This document shows positions 41,188-49,054 of a stretch of DNA of 64,000 nt, one piece after another (position 1 is the first letter of the stretch; each line of letters begins with the position of its first letter). A program made the translations under genes and the position numbers. The notes beneath the pieces are model-generated. The model was not told the origin of the DNA. It did no database searches and saw only the letters and a program-made list of their open reading frames with translations. Origin of the DNA: a virus; the IMG/VR virus record IMGVR_UViG_3300044732_000737, positions 13,818-77,817 of that record. One strand, given 5' to 3'.

Positions 41188-41573
41188 TGTGTAGCCGCCT
41201 TATTGTGTATTGTAATAACCTCTGGAGGGATCTTACATTGATCATTGTATTTAACAATCTCACGATCAATATATTTGATCTGCACATCAGCAGCTTCTTT
41301 AACGATCTTCTCTTTAGTTACTATTTTGGTTACTATTTGTGTGTTAACCTCAGACTTCTTAGCCTCTAATGCTGCTATTTGTTCCTCTAGTGATTTAACC
41401 CTAGCTTCCCAGACATTATTACAAGACTTATATCCTGCAATAAATAATGCAGCAAATATTAAACCTACAGCAATAGGTCTATAACGGTCAAACTCTTTAA
41501 CTACAAAACCTAGCAAGCCCACCATAAAGACAATAAACACTAACCACATTGGTATATAGTTAATTAAAAACAT
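41184..41573 (-). CDS. i-spanin (Rz-like)
   Basis: N-terminal TMs, coiled coil, C-terminal CKIPPEVITIHNKAA. Confidence 0.75.
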   Translation of the reverse strand: MFLINYIPMWLVFIVFMVGLLGFVVKEFDRYRPIAVGLIFAALFIAGYKSCNNVWEARVKSLEEQIAALEAKKSEVNTQIVTKIVTKEKIVKEAADVQIKYIDREIVKYNDQCKIPPEVITIHNKAATQ

Positions 41574-41607
41574 TGTAATCCTTTTGGCTAACGCCAGTTA
41601 TAAAGAA

Positions 41608-41676
41608 GAGCAGTAGTGGGATTCGAACTCACATTCCAGAGATAACGTCTGATTCTACCTATTGAACTATACTACT
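41608..41676 (-). tRNA. Atypical tRNA-like element (shortened anticodon arm, no encoded CCA; identity undetermined)
   Basis: Acceptor AGTAGTA/TACTGCT, TA-GTTC-AATAGGTA-GAAT D arm, GTGAG-TTCGAAT-CCCAC T arm. Anticodon/variable region is 3-4 nt short and lacks U33. Confidence 0.6.
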
Positions 41677-41765
41677 CTAGTGACGCCTTTTACTGTAGCG
41701 ACAACAGCCCTAAGGTGGGTTCTTGCTGAATATCTCATGAACTTAATCACTTGACTATCAGATTG

Positions 41766-42056
41766 TTATTTAAATTTGTTTGTCCACTTAACTACCCATG
41801 CCCAATAAGCAGCACTCATTCTGCCCTTCTGGATATCAGCCTTATGTCTAGCATAGAAGGCTTCTCTACGTGCTTGGTAGGAGTCTGACTCACCATCCTT
41901 GGGAGGAGACCCAGTAACACCTTGAGCACCAAAGCGAATAAGCTTAATAGTGTCACCTTCTTTGGCTAACACTGCATGTGAGTTAGTTGAATTACCTGGG
42001 GTTTTCTTTGGTTTGTTATAACCTTCAAAGGTTTCACCACGATATTCAATAGCCAT
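41766..42056 (-). CDS. Conserved phage hypothetical protein
   Basis: GYNKPKKTP...VLAKEGDTIKLIRFG...FYARH...SAAYWA pattern recalled from phage packaging regions. Confidence 0.75.
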   Translation of the reverse strand: MAIEYRGETFEGYNKPKKTPGNSTNSHAVLAKEGDTIKLIRFGAQGVTGSPPKDGESDSYQARREAFYARHKADIQKGRMSAAYWAWVVKWTNKFK

Positions 42057-42136
42057 AATTATTTCTTCCTACGCTTGTGATAAGATTCTTCACGCTTTTC
42101 ATTATCACGTTTCTTTTTATTTGACATAATAATCCT

Positions 42137-43462
42137 TTAAAACATAAAGCCTTTAGTAACTGTCTTAGTACCTGAACGAACAGGAAATAAGTATTCAACA
42201 GCATAACGAAGAGCATCTGTCCAGTGTTCTACGTTCTCTGCCTTAGATATCTGTGCTGTATTTGGATTGTTTTCAACCCATACAGTTCTTTCAAGAGACC
42301 TAATAGTGTGTTCTGCTCTAGGGTGTACATACATATCGATATCACCATGAGCATTCTTAAACTTACGGTTAACAGCAGCTACTGAGTCAACAATAGGAGG
42401 AGCAGCCTTGTGTGCTCTACAGATAATACCATGACTCTCTAAGATGGAGAAGTCAGTAGCGCCAGCAACAGCACTAGTCTTCCTAGCTCGTCCTGCAGGG
42501 TCTGGATAAGCGAATACTTTATGACCTTTATCCTTGAATTGTCCTTTAAGCTTCTTAGCTAATTGTTCAGTATCGAGAACATTCTGCATGTCCTCTAAGA
42601 TATGAATCTGTCCAGCTCTAACAGCAAAGACTACAGCAGCCATAATGCCAATGTTAAAGTCAATAGCCACATGGACATCTTCTTTGTTTGTTGTCTCTAC
42701 ATTGAAGTATGGTAGATCAGCAGTCACATGAGTCTTACGATCAAACATGTAGAATACCTTAGCGCCAGAGTCCTCAAAGGAACACTCATACTCTCGAGCA
42801 AACTTCATAGGGTCAATCAGACGCTTAGTCCTCTCGATCTCTTCCACAGAGAGATATGGGGAGTCCCTATAGGTATATCTAAAGGTCTTCCAACGGTTGT
42901 CCATAGACTCAAAGTTAGTCATGTCGTAGAAGTAATTCATACCCTTAGGTGTACCAATAATAAGAGCCTTATGGTTACCTGCCCAACGTGTAGTCATAGC
43001 AGGTTGAATAATAGATTCCCAAGACTCTTTAAGTCCTGGCTGACCAGTCCAGTCAGAGACCTCATCTCCAACAACAAAGTACTGACCCGATCCCCGCATC
43101 CTCTCAGAGGCTTCATAGGACCATAGCTTAAGCTTCACATTGTTCTGAAACCAGAATGTTCCAGCTGTCTGAGATGACTTCTCAGCATAATCCTCTAAGC
43201 CTAGGTTGTAGGCTAGTAGAGGCCAATAAATATCTAACGACTGTTGGTATGTTGGACAGATAATCGAGACGTTCTTATTAGGAACATCTTCAGGCATCTC
43301 TAGCAACTCATGAACAGCCATTGTAGCAGCAACACTAGCAAGGTAACTCTTACCAAAGCCTCGTGAAGCTACTGTAGCAGCATATCTAGTGCCACCCTTT
43401 TCTGAGAACAAATACTTTAATACTTCAGACTGACCTCTGTGTAATTTAATTTCATTTGACAT
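42137..43462 (-). CDS. terL: Terminase large subunit
   Basis: Walker A SRGFGKS, Walker B VVGDE, IIGTPKG, nuclease AIDFN and HWTDALRY. Confidence 0.95.
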   Translation of the reverse strand: MSNEIKLHRGQSEVLKYLFSEKGGTRYAATVASRGFGKSYLASVAATMAVHELLEMPEDVPNKNVSIICPTYQQSLDIYWPLLAYNLGLEDYAEKSSQTAGTFWFQNNVKLKLWSYEASERMRGSGQYFVVGDEVSDWTGQPGLKESWESIIQPAMTTRWAGNHKALIIGTPKGMNYFYDMTNFESMDNRWKTFRYTYRDSPYLSVEEIERTKRLIDPMKFAREYECSFEDSGAKVFYMFDRKTHVTADLPYFNVETTNKEDVHVAIDFNIGIMAAVVFAVRAGQIHILEDMQNVLDTEQLAKKLKGQFKDKGHKVFAYPDPAGRARKTSAVAGATDFSILESHGIICRAHKAAPPIVDSVAAVNRKFKNAHGDIDMYVHPRAEHTIRSLERTVWVENNPNTAQISKAENVEHWTDALRYAVEYLFPVRSGTKTVTKGFMF

Positions 43463-43669
43463 TTAAACGATCACATCAACCTTATCTTTGGTTACGATGT
43501 CCTTCTTCTTATTACATTGTCTAAGCTCTTCAAGTTTTTTATTGAACTGAGCTAACTCGTATCGTGCTTGGATGCCTTCTTGGAAGATCTTGTTGGAGGC
43601 TTCTTTTAGTTGCATGATAGCATTTGTATAGTACTCAATGCTGTATTCTGCTGCTGATTGTACTCTCAT
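43463..43669 (-). CDS. Hypothetical protein
   Basis: 68 aa coiled coil, AAGGA RBS, abuts terL. Confidence 0.65.
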   Translation of the reverse strand: MRVQSAAEYSIEYYTNAIMQLKEASNKIFQEGIQARYELAQFNKKLEELRQCNKKKDIVTKDKVDVIV

Positions 43670-43736
43670 ATGTATTCCTTTTTATTGTATACGTAACTGT
43701 AATAATTTTATCTATTTTATTTCAGTGTATACTTAA

Positions 43737-44135
43737 TTATTCATTTGTGAAGACAATCTTAAGCGGCTTTTTATCTTCAATTACTTGTTCACTCTTCTCA
43801 GGCACCTGTCTGTAACCATATCGCATGAGCGTATTCATCACACTTGTCTGGATGTTCAAGAGGTTCGCTAAGGCCACTGCAGAGTACCTTGTTTGGCCAC
43901 TCTCCATAGCATTAATCTTATCCTGCACCTTGTAGTAGTGATCTACAAGTTTCTCAATAGGGTCAAATCCTAGTGTTTGAAGCTTCTTAACTGATTCTTT
44001 TGAATAGATTGTGGTAGTTCCCTTTGGGCGACCCTGTCCAGGTCTAAGTCCACCACGGGTTCTCTCTGACACATTTGGGTCTTGAACTACCCCAGTTGAG
44101 GTATCTTTGACCTCTTTGTTTGTTGAGGTAGTCAT
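43737..44135 (-). CDS. Terminase small subunit (putative)
   Basis: RGGLRPGQGRPKG motif and LGFDPIEKL helix; upstream of terL. Confidence 0.7.
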   Translation of the reverse strand: MTTSTNKEVKDTSTGVVQDPNVSERTRGGLRPGQGRPKGTTTIYSKESVKKLQTLGFDPIEKLVDHYYKVQDKINAMESGQTRYSAVALANLLNIQTSVMNTLMRYGYRQVPEKSEQVIEDKKPLKIVFTNE

Positions 44136-44141
44136 AATGTA

Positions 44142-44282
44142 TTATTTCTTATTCTTTGGTTTATATTTCTTGGCTAAATCTAGAGCAATAGCTACTGCTT
44201 GAGCATGAGGTTTACCCTCTTTTTCAAGAGTCCTAATGTTAGCACTCACGGTTTTATCACCGTAGCCCTTCTTAAGCGGCAT
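44142..44282 (-). CDS. Small basic phage protein (46 aa)
   Basis: Below the track cut-off; MPLKKGYGDKTVSANIRTLEKEGKPHAQAVAIAL, GGAG RBS. Confidence 0.7.
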   Translation of the reverse strand: MPLKKGYGDKTVSANIRTLEKEGKPHAQAVAIALDLAKKYKPKNKK

Positions 44283-44562
44283 TTTTAGCTCCACGTCTGG
44301 TTGTGGTTTTAGCAGGGGTCTTTACAACAGGAACAATATTGTTACTGTGTAATTGAATCTTTAGATCAGAGATCATAGTAAGCAGCTCTTCTTTGTCTCT
44401 GAGCAACTTATCAACCTTGCCCTCAAGCTTCTTAACTTCAGACATGAGCAGTTCAGTCAATTGATCGTGAGCTTCTTGTCGTTGCTTATCTTTGCTATGC
44501 AAGTAGGTCCAGAAGGCACCTGTACTTAACACAACAATAGCCATTTGAATAATCGATTCCAT
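44272..44562 (-). CDS. Hypothetical membrane-anchored coiled-coil protein
   Basis: One TM then a coiled coil; start moved to ATG 44562 (AAGGA RBS). Confidence 0.65.
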   Translation of the reverse strand: MESIIQMAIVVLSTGAFWTYLHSKDKQRQEAHDQLTELLMSEVKKLEGKVDKLLRDKEELLTMISDLKIQLHSNNIVPVVKTPAKTTTRRGAKNAA

Positions 44563-44813
44563 TTTAATTCCTTTTAGTATAAAATCCATAGACACTGGGA
44601 GACACCTTCTACCTTGAACAGGTAGTGTCTCTACACAAGTGTTACAGAATGATATTTAAATAATATTTTAAAGTACTCTTTAAAGTACTCCTTTAAAAAT
44701 ATTTTATAATATTATTTTTAATAAACAACAACAATAATTAATGTACCTTAATGCTACCGCTATTAAGTTACTCTTTTAATATTAACCCCCTAAATCCCCC
44801 TTTTGGATAGGAT

Positions 44814-44836
44814 TCTCTCTTTAGCGTCACCTGGTA
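44814..44836 (-). promoter_or_regulatory. Phage RNAP promoter, copy 3 (TACCAGGTGACGCTAAAGAGAGA; predicted +1 at 44819)
   Basis: 22/23 match to copies 1 and 2; heads the packaging-lysis-head gene run. Confidence 0.85.
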
Positions 44837-44845
44837 CTTTTTGAC

Positions 44846-44922
44846 AAAAAAAAAAAGAATTACCCCTCCAGAGTACCCTCTAACCACCCCCGAAGGAGCA
44901 GTCAAAGAGTACCCTGGAGGGG
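44846..44922 (-). terminator. Long hairpin (28 bp, cUUCGg loop) plus U11 tract
   Basis: Arms 44863-44890 and 44895-44922; all 7 non-Watson-Crick pairs are G-U on the minus strand. Confidence 0.75.
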
Positions 44923-44946
44923 AGGTTTAAGTTAAGCACTTAAGGG

Positions 44947-45420
44947 CTATGCATAGAATAAATGGTTTCCAATTGTAACTGTGTGAGTTAACTTCTTAGA
45001 CCATTTGGGTAAGACGTAGTTAGCATGATAGAATAATGACCCCTTTGTAGGATCTTTGAGTCTGCCCTGTAAGTAGTTAGTAGCAATAGCATGAGCTACT
45101 TGGTACTGTGATTTGTTCTTTGGATAGTGGTTCTTTAATAGCTTTACCCAAGAGAATTGGTAGGGTTGATACACAACCTTACACACAGAGGAGGGATAGC
45201 CCTGAGCCAGTAGTCTGTTTATTGTGACTGCTGCTACTGCTATCTGACCTTTAATAGATTCTCCTCGAGCCTCATGGTAAATGTTATGAGCTAGACAATC
45301 TATATCTTTCTTTCCAAAGGCTAAAATAGGCTTAGGAATAGTGTGAAATACAGCTGATTCAGTTACAGTGCTTGTTTGCATAGGAAAAAGAATCAGCAAC
45401 AAAATTGCTAAATTTCTCAT
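44947..45420 (-). CDS. Cell wall hydrolase, SleB/Hydrolase_2 family
   Basis: CLAHNIYHEARGE...AVAAVTINR...PSSVCKVVYQPYQFSW...GSLFYHA...IGNHLFY; signal peptide; start ATG 45420 (or GTG 45429). Confidence 0.92.
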   Translation of the reverse strand: MRNLAILLLILFPMQTSTVTESAVFHTIPKPILAFGKKDIDCLAHNIYHEARGESIKGQIAVAAVTINRLLAQGYPSSVCKVVYQPYQFSWVKLLKNHYPKNKSQYQVAHAIATNYLQGRLKDPTKGSLFYHANYVLPKWSKKLTHTVTIGNHLFYA

Positions 45421-45433
45421 AGTTTGCACCTTC

Positions 45434-45456
45434 TTTCTCTTTAGCGTCCCCTGGTG
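45434..45456 (-). promoter_or_regulatory. Phage RNAP promoter, copy 4 (CACCAGGGGACGCTAAAGAGAAA; predicted +1 at 45439)
   Basis: 21/23 match to copy 1; fits in the short gap before the hydrolase gene. Confidence 0.82.
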
Positions 45457-45460
45457 GTTT

Positions 45461-45682
45461 TTAGCTTACAAATACTGCTGTTTTAACTTCTGCTTCAGGA
45501 TGACTACTAGGCTCAGTCACAAGGTCGTGGGGCCCATAATACCATTCATCGAATACATTTAATGCAATATTACAAGTACCTACTCCAGTAATCTCCACTA
45601 CACCGCCCTCATAGCCAGCTCTCACAATCATAAGATCAGGGTCTAGCTTGCTTAGTTCTGCGATAAGTTGTTTAACTTTCAT
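45461..45682 (-). CDS. Hypothetical protein
   Basis: 73 aa, ATGA-coupled; MKVKQLIAELSKLDPD...GYEGG...WYYGPH. Confidence 0.7.
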   Translation of the reverse strand: MKVKQLIAELSKLDPDLMIVRAGYEGGVVEITGVGTCNIALNVFDEWYYGPHDLVTEPSSHPEAEVKTAVFVS

Positions 45683-45876
45683 GGTTGTTTCCTTAATCTG
45701 ATTAAGTCTTCATACTTGGCTATACCATCCCAGAAGCCATCCTCATAGTCTCTAGAGTGTTTACCAACCAACTCTACCTCTTTACGGAGACCTGCACACT
45801 TTTCACGTTCATTCAAAATAGCTAGTTTGATAAAGTCCAGTACTTCAATTGTTTCTTGTTCATCTATTGCCCTCAT
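45679..45876 (-). CDS. Hypothetical protein
   Basis: 65 aa, ATGA overlaps at both ends. Confidence 0.65.
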   Translation of the reverse strand: MRAIDEQETIEVLDFIKLAILNEREKCAGLRKEVELVGKHSRDYEDGFWDGIAKYEDLIRLRKQP

Positions 45877-46115
45877 GAGTTTTTCTGCCTAATATAAGCC
45901 TCAAGATCCCTAGCAATGAACCAAGTGTCTCCATCATAGTACCTACCAAAGTTATTCACAACTTCCTTTTCAGTTAAACTCTTCCACTCTGCTCTAGATT
46001 CAAAGTGATAGGGTTGACCTGTAGCCTCTATCTCTTGACCTAACCTCTGAACTTCACGCATAACATTCTCTCTTTTAACACGATCAAACTCATCATCTTC
46101 ATCTGTGTGTATCAT
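45873..46115 (-). CDS. Hypothetical protein
   Basis: 80 aa, co-oriented, RBS-like sequence upstream. Confidence 0.65.
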   Translation of the reverse strand: MIHTDEDDEFDRVKRENVMREVQRLGQEIEATGQPYHFESRAEWKSLTEKEVVNNFGRYYDGDTWFIARDLEAYIRQKNS

Positions 46116-46144
46116 TTTATATCTATCCTTTTAAATTCATAAGT

Positions 46145-46495
46145 TTAGCGTCCATCAATAGCCTCCAAGCATTTAGTGTGTTGATGTTGGTAGAACTCAT
46201 TTATACTATTTGCTGATATAGTGTAACCTTTAGGATACCAGACAATATTGTATGCACGAGCCTTTTCAACAGCATCCCTACAAGCTTTACGCTCTTTGTC
46301 TACTGCAGTCTTAACTAGGAGCTTAATGTTTTTATCTATGGCATCGAGTACTGCCTTAGCGGTTTCGTCTACAGTCAAGTCGGGATTAACTGTCACGCCT
46401 GTAGCACTGATCCTTAAAGCCTCAACTGAGGGAGAACCATTAAAGAACACAATACTGTTTGTAACTTGTTTATGTAACTCATATACCTCAGTCAT
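46145..46495 (-). CDS. Hypothetical protein
   Basis: 116 aa, coupled to the upstream ORF. Confidence 0.65.
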   Translation of the reverse strand: MTEVYELHKQVTNSIVFFNGSPSVEALRISATGVTVNPDLTVDETAKAVLDAIDKNIKLLVKTAVDKERKACRDAVEKARAYNIVWYPKGYTISANSINEFYQHQHTKCLEAIDGR

Positions 46496-46670
46496 AGTCT
46501 AAACCTAGTTGCCTAGCATTCTCAGCCTTCTCTTCTAAGGCATCCTGAGCTTTATCAAACTCTTTATCACGTTCTTTTTGACCCTTATCACGACCAAAGA
46601 TCAAATCCCATCTAGCTTCATACTGCTCTTGAGCCACGCTAAATGGCCTTGGCGTAGATCCTTTACTCAT
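46488..46670 (-). CDS. Hypothetical protein
   Basis: Likely start MSKGSTPRPFSV at 46670, just after the upstream stop. Confidence 0.6.
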   Translation of the reverse strand: MSKGSTPRPFSVAQEQYEARWDLIFGRDKGQKERDKEFDKAQDALEEKAENARQLGLDYD

Positions 46671-46671
46671 A

Positions 46672-47175
46672 TTAGTCCCATAGTCCTTGATAGTATTTTC
46701 CAAATAGCCTAAATCCATTTTGAATTCGAGCCTCGTGTTTTTCTAAACCTTTCATATCAATCTTGAAATTATCATCTATGCCCGTTACTGCTTCCACATG
46801 AAAAGGATAGTCTCTAGATTTAATGAACTGAAAATCAGTTGAACCTGAGTAAAATTGAGCATCATGATTATCATCTAGCTTTTGAGCAAAAGACCAGATC
46901 ATTTGATCAAGCACCCAATCCCATCTCTTAAAGTAGTTTGCATCACTCTCCCAAGGATGTTCTGTAGGAGGTGCGCTAGTACTCTTAAGTTCATCAGGCA
47001 CATCTTCGTCATCTACCTTAGGGGCTCCGCTTAGCTTCTGTCTAAACTTAACCAATGCAGGGTGAATAATATGCGCTAGTGTATGGTCTAAACTCCAAAT
47101 GTCATAGTTATCAATTGTGACATCGATCTCTCGATCTTGGTCGTCGTAACGGTATTCACCAATTAAAACTTTCAT
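46672..47175 (-). CDS. Conserved phage hypothetical protein
   Basis: IDNYDIWSLDHTLAHII.P.L...RWDWVLDQMIWSF...GFRLFGKYYQGLWD pattern recalled from large phages. Confidence 0.8.
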   Translation of the reverse strand: MKVLIGEYRYDDQDREIDVTIDNYDIWSLDHTLAHIIHPALVKFRQKLSGAPKVDDEDVPDELKSTSAPPTEHPWESDANYFKRWDWVLDQMIWSFAQKLDDNHDAQFYSGSTDFQFIKSRDYPFHVEAVTGIDDNFKIDMKGLEKHEARIQNGFRLFGKYYQGLWD

Positions 47176-47486
47176 GCGTTCCTTTTTATATGCTTGATTT
47201 CAGGTATCTGCCAATGATCGTCAATTACACTAATCATTTTTAAACCCCTTTTATTATCCCACAATACAAATGGCCCTTTTACACCAATATTTAAACTCAT
47301 AATATCAAATACATTTTGATTATAAATACCAGTGTATATTTGATTACTAACCACTGCTCTCATCATACGCCTACCATGTATTGAAGTATATTCACTTACA
47401 AAAGAAATTACAGCTTTATCATAAAGTTCAAATGTTTTAAAACTACCTGAAACATAATCTTTAAATCGTTTTTTCAATTGCATCAT
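47172..47486 (-). CDS. Hypothetical protein
   Basis: 104 aa, ATGA overlap. Confidence 0.6.
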   Translation of the reverse strand: MMQLKKRFKDYVSGSFKTFELYDKAVISFVSEYTSIHGRRMMRAVVSNQIYTGIYNQNVFDIMSLNIGVKGPFVLWDNKRGLKMISVIDDHWQIPEIKHIKRNA

Positions 47487-47496
47487 AACTAGTCTG

Positions 47497-47805
47497 TTAA
47501 ATAAGTTTTACATTAATCAATTCTTGTGTGTTGCCATCAAACTCAAACTCAACATTATCATTCTCCCAATGTTCTGAAGTGCGAAGAGCAATGTCTTTGC
47601 CAACCATCCTCGCTTTTAGTTTAAATTTAAAATTAGGTTTAATTACTGGCTTTAATCGATATTCCGTATTATGGTTAAAAGGAGGCAAAGCACCTCCAAA
47701 AGCAGTTAATGTAGGAATATCAATCCACTCATTAAAACTTTTATATTGAATTACCTTATCTTCAAGATAAGCGATAATTAAGTCATGATGCGGATGAATT
47801 TTCAT
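47497..47805 (-). CDS. Hypothetical protein
   Basis: HPHHDLIIAY...IQY...EYRLKP pattern; GGAG RBS. Confidence 0.65.
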   Translation of the reverse strand: MKIHPHHDLIIAYLEDKVIQYKSFNEWIDIPTLTAFGGALPPFNHNTEYRLKPVIKPNFKFKLKARMVGKDIALRTSEHWENDNVEFEFDGNTQELINVKLI

Positions 47806-48028
47806 AAAACTCCTGGGTGATAAAATTGTTTCTCATAAGCTGGTTTCTTACATGATCAGGCAAGAAATAAACACCGTCATAGTCTTTTAATTTCATATCT
47901 TCATCAAACCAAAGACCACCTCCGTTTTCATCTCCATAGATCTTGTCCTCAAACCAACCATACTTACCATTTGTATCAATCTGAATAGTAAATCTATTAG
48001 TTGATAAGTCTAAATTGTAACGACTCAA
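47783..48028 (-). CDS. Hypothetical protein
   Basis: YGWFE...GGGLWF...DYDGVYFLP pattern. Confidence 0.65.
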   Translation of the reverse strand: MSRYNLDLSTNRFTIQIDTNGKYGWFEDKIYGDENGGGLWFDEDMKLKDYDGVYFLPDHVRNQLMRNNFITQEFYENSSAS

Positions 48029-48632
48029 CTTCTGCCTCTTCTAATGAAATAACATTGTATATTGTATTAAGTGTCTCATAAGTATTATCAGATAACTGTT
48101 CAACAATAGCGCTTGATAAGATCCATTGGTTTACTAGATCAGGCCTACCTTCATGGCTAGCACAAATGCCTCTTAAGTGATAATTAGAGCTATCATGAGA
48201 AGCCTTGTAGAACTCACCTCCAATCCCATTAACCAATATAGCTAATGGTTTCCCTTTACGGAATATTAATTCGTCTTGAAACACTTTTGTCAAGTGTGCA
48301 CGAGCATAGCCCTCATCAATAATCTTTTGAATATGATCTGTAGACAAGAACTTAAGCTTTTTCCATGTAAGGGGCCCTTTACCTTCTTTACCATATGTAC
48401 CCCAACGGAACCATTCACGAATCTTAGAGTGAGGATCATCGGTATAAACTGAAAGATCTTCACCATTATCGTCCTCATACCAAGTACGCCTAATGTACTG
48501 TACACCTCCGTCAATCATATACAATCGACCATTGGCATCCACATGCTCCACATAGTCGTGAACATGACATGACTGAAGTACAGTACCGTCAGGTGTCCTT
48601 AAAACATTAGCTAATAATTTACGTTCATTCAT
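47997..48632 (-). CDS. Conserved phage hypothetical protein
   Basis: RTPDGTVLQS.H.HDY...YMIDGG..YIRR...WGTYGK motif set. Confidence 0.75.
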   Translation of the reverse strand: MNERKLLANVLRTPDGTVLQSCHVHDYVEHVDANGRLYMIDGGVQYIRRTWYEDDNGEDLSVYTDDPHSKIREWFRWGTYGKEGKGPLTWKKLKFLSTDHIQKIIDEGYARAHLTKVFQDELIFRKGKPLAILVNGIGGEFYKASHDSSNYHLRGICASHEGRPDLVNQWILSSAIVEQLSDNTYETLNTIYNVISLEEAEVESLQFRLIN

Positions 48633-48814
48633 TTAACATCTCCACTTTTTACTAACCATTCAAATGTATTCCAAAGTTGTCTAAACTTTAAATCATAATA
48701 CTTTGCTAAAGTCTCAATATCATTCTCGTTATCTATTTTTCTTAGATCTTCAATTACATGCATACAAGCAAGGATGTCTTGTTCAAGATCGAATCTTGTG
48801 GTTTCTTTTTCCAT
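48629..48814 (-). CDS. Hypothetical protein
   Basis: RFDLEQDILAC...YDLKFRQLWNTFE; ATGA overlap. Confidence 0.65.
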   Translation of the reverse strand: MEKETTRFDLEQDILACMHVIEDLRKIDNENDIETLAKYYDLKFRQLWNTFEWLVKSGDVK

Positions 48815-49054
48815 ATAATGTATATTCCGTTTGCATTAGATTTAGCCCATTCAAAGGCCGCTTTACGAGTCTTAAAAATTTTATCTGGATTTCCTTTTGT
48901 TCTACAAATCCATTTCATGATGCTAACATCCATAGGCCAATATTAGCAAATGCATAACCCGTGTATGCAATCGTCATACCCATGTTACCTAGGTAAAACT
49001 GTTCAGCAGCTACATAGGTGTAGATAGCGCCTGTAAGTGCAATTAACCAACCAC

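Noticed and set aside
41638-41652. Central TTA in the tRNA-like loop as an ochre suppressor implying stop-codon recoding
   Set aside because: The loop lacks U33 and a purine at 37; most genes end in TAA and ORFs are intact in the standard code.
41947-41958. 12-nt match to the SP6 promoter core (AGGTGACACTAT, minus strand)
   Set aside because: Inside a CDS, explained by the codons for EGDTI, and does not match this phage's GACGCTAAAGAG consensus.
44841-44846. TTGACA as a plus-strand sigma70 -35 box
   Set aside because: No -10 box at the right spacing and no plus-strand gene downstream.
11543-45456. The 23-bp repeats as CRISPR repeats or att sites
   Set aside because: Dispersed rather than regularly spaced; no cas or integrase genes; position and orientation fit promoters.
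46144-46153. Partial promoter-like match GGACGCTAAA
   Set aside because: Only 10 nt, overlaps a stop codon, lacks both CCAGG and the GAGA initiation region.
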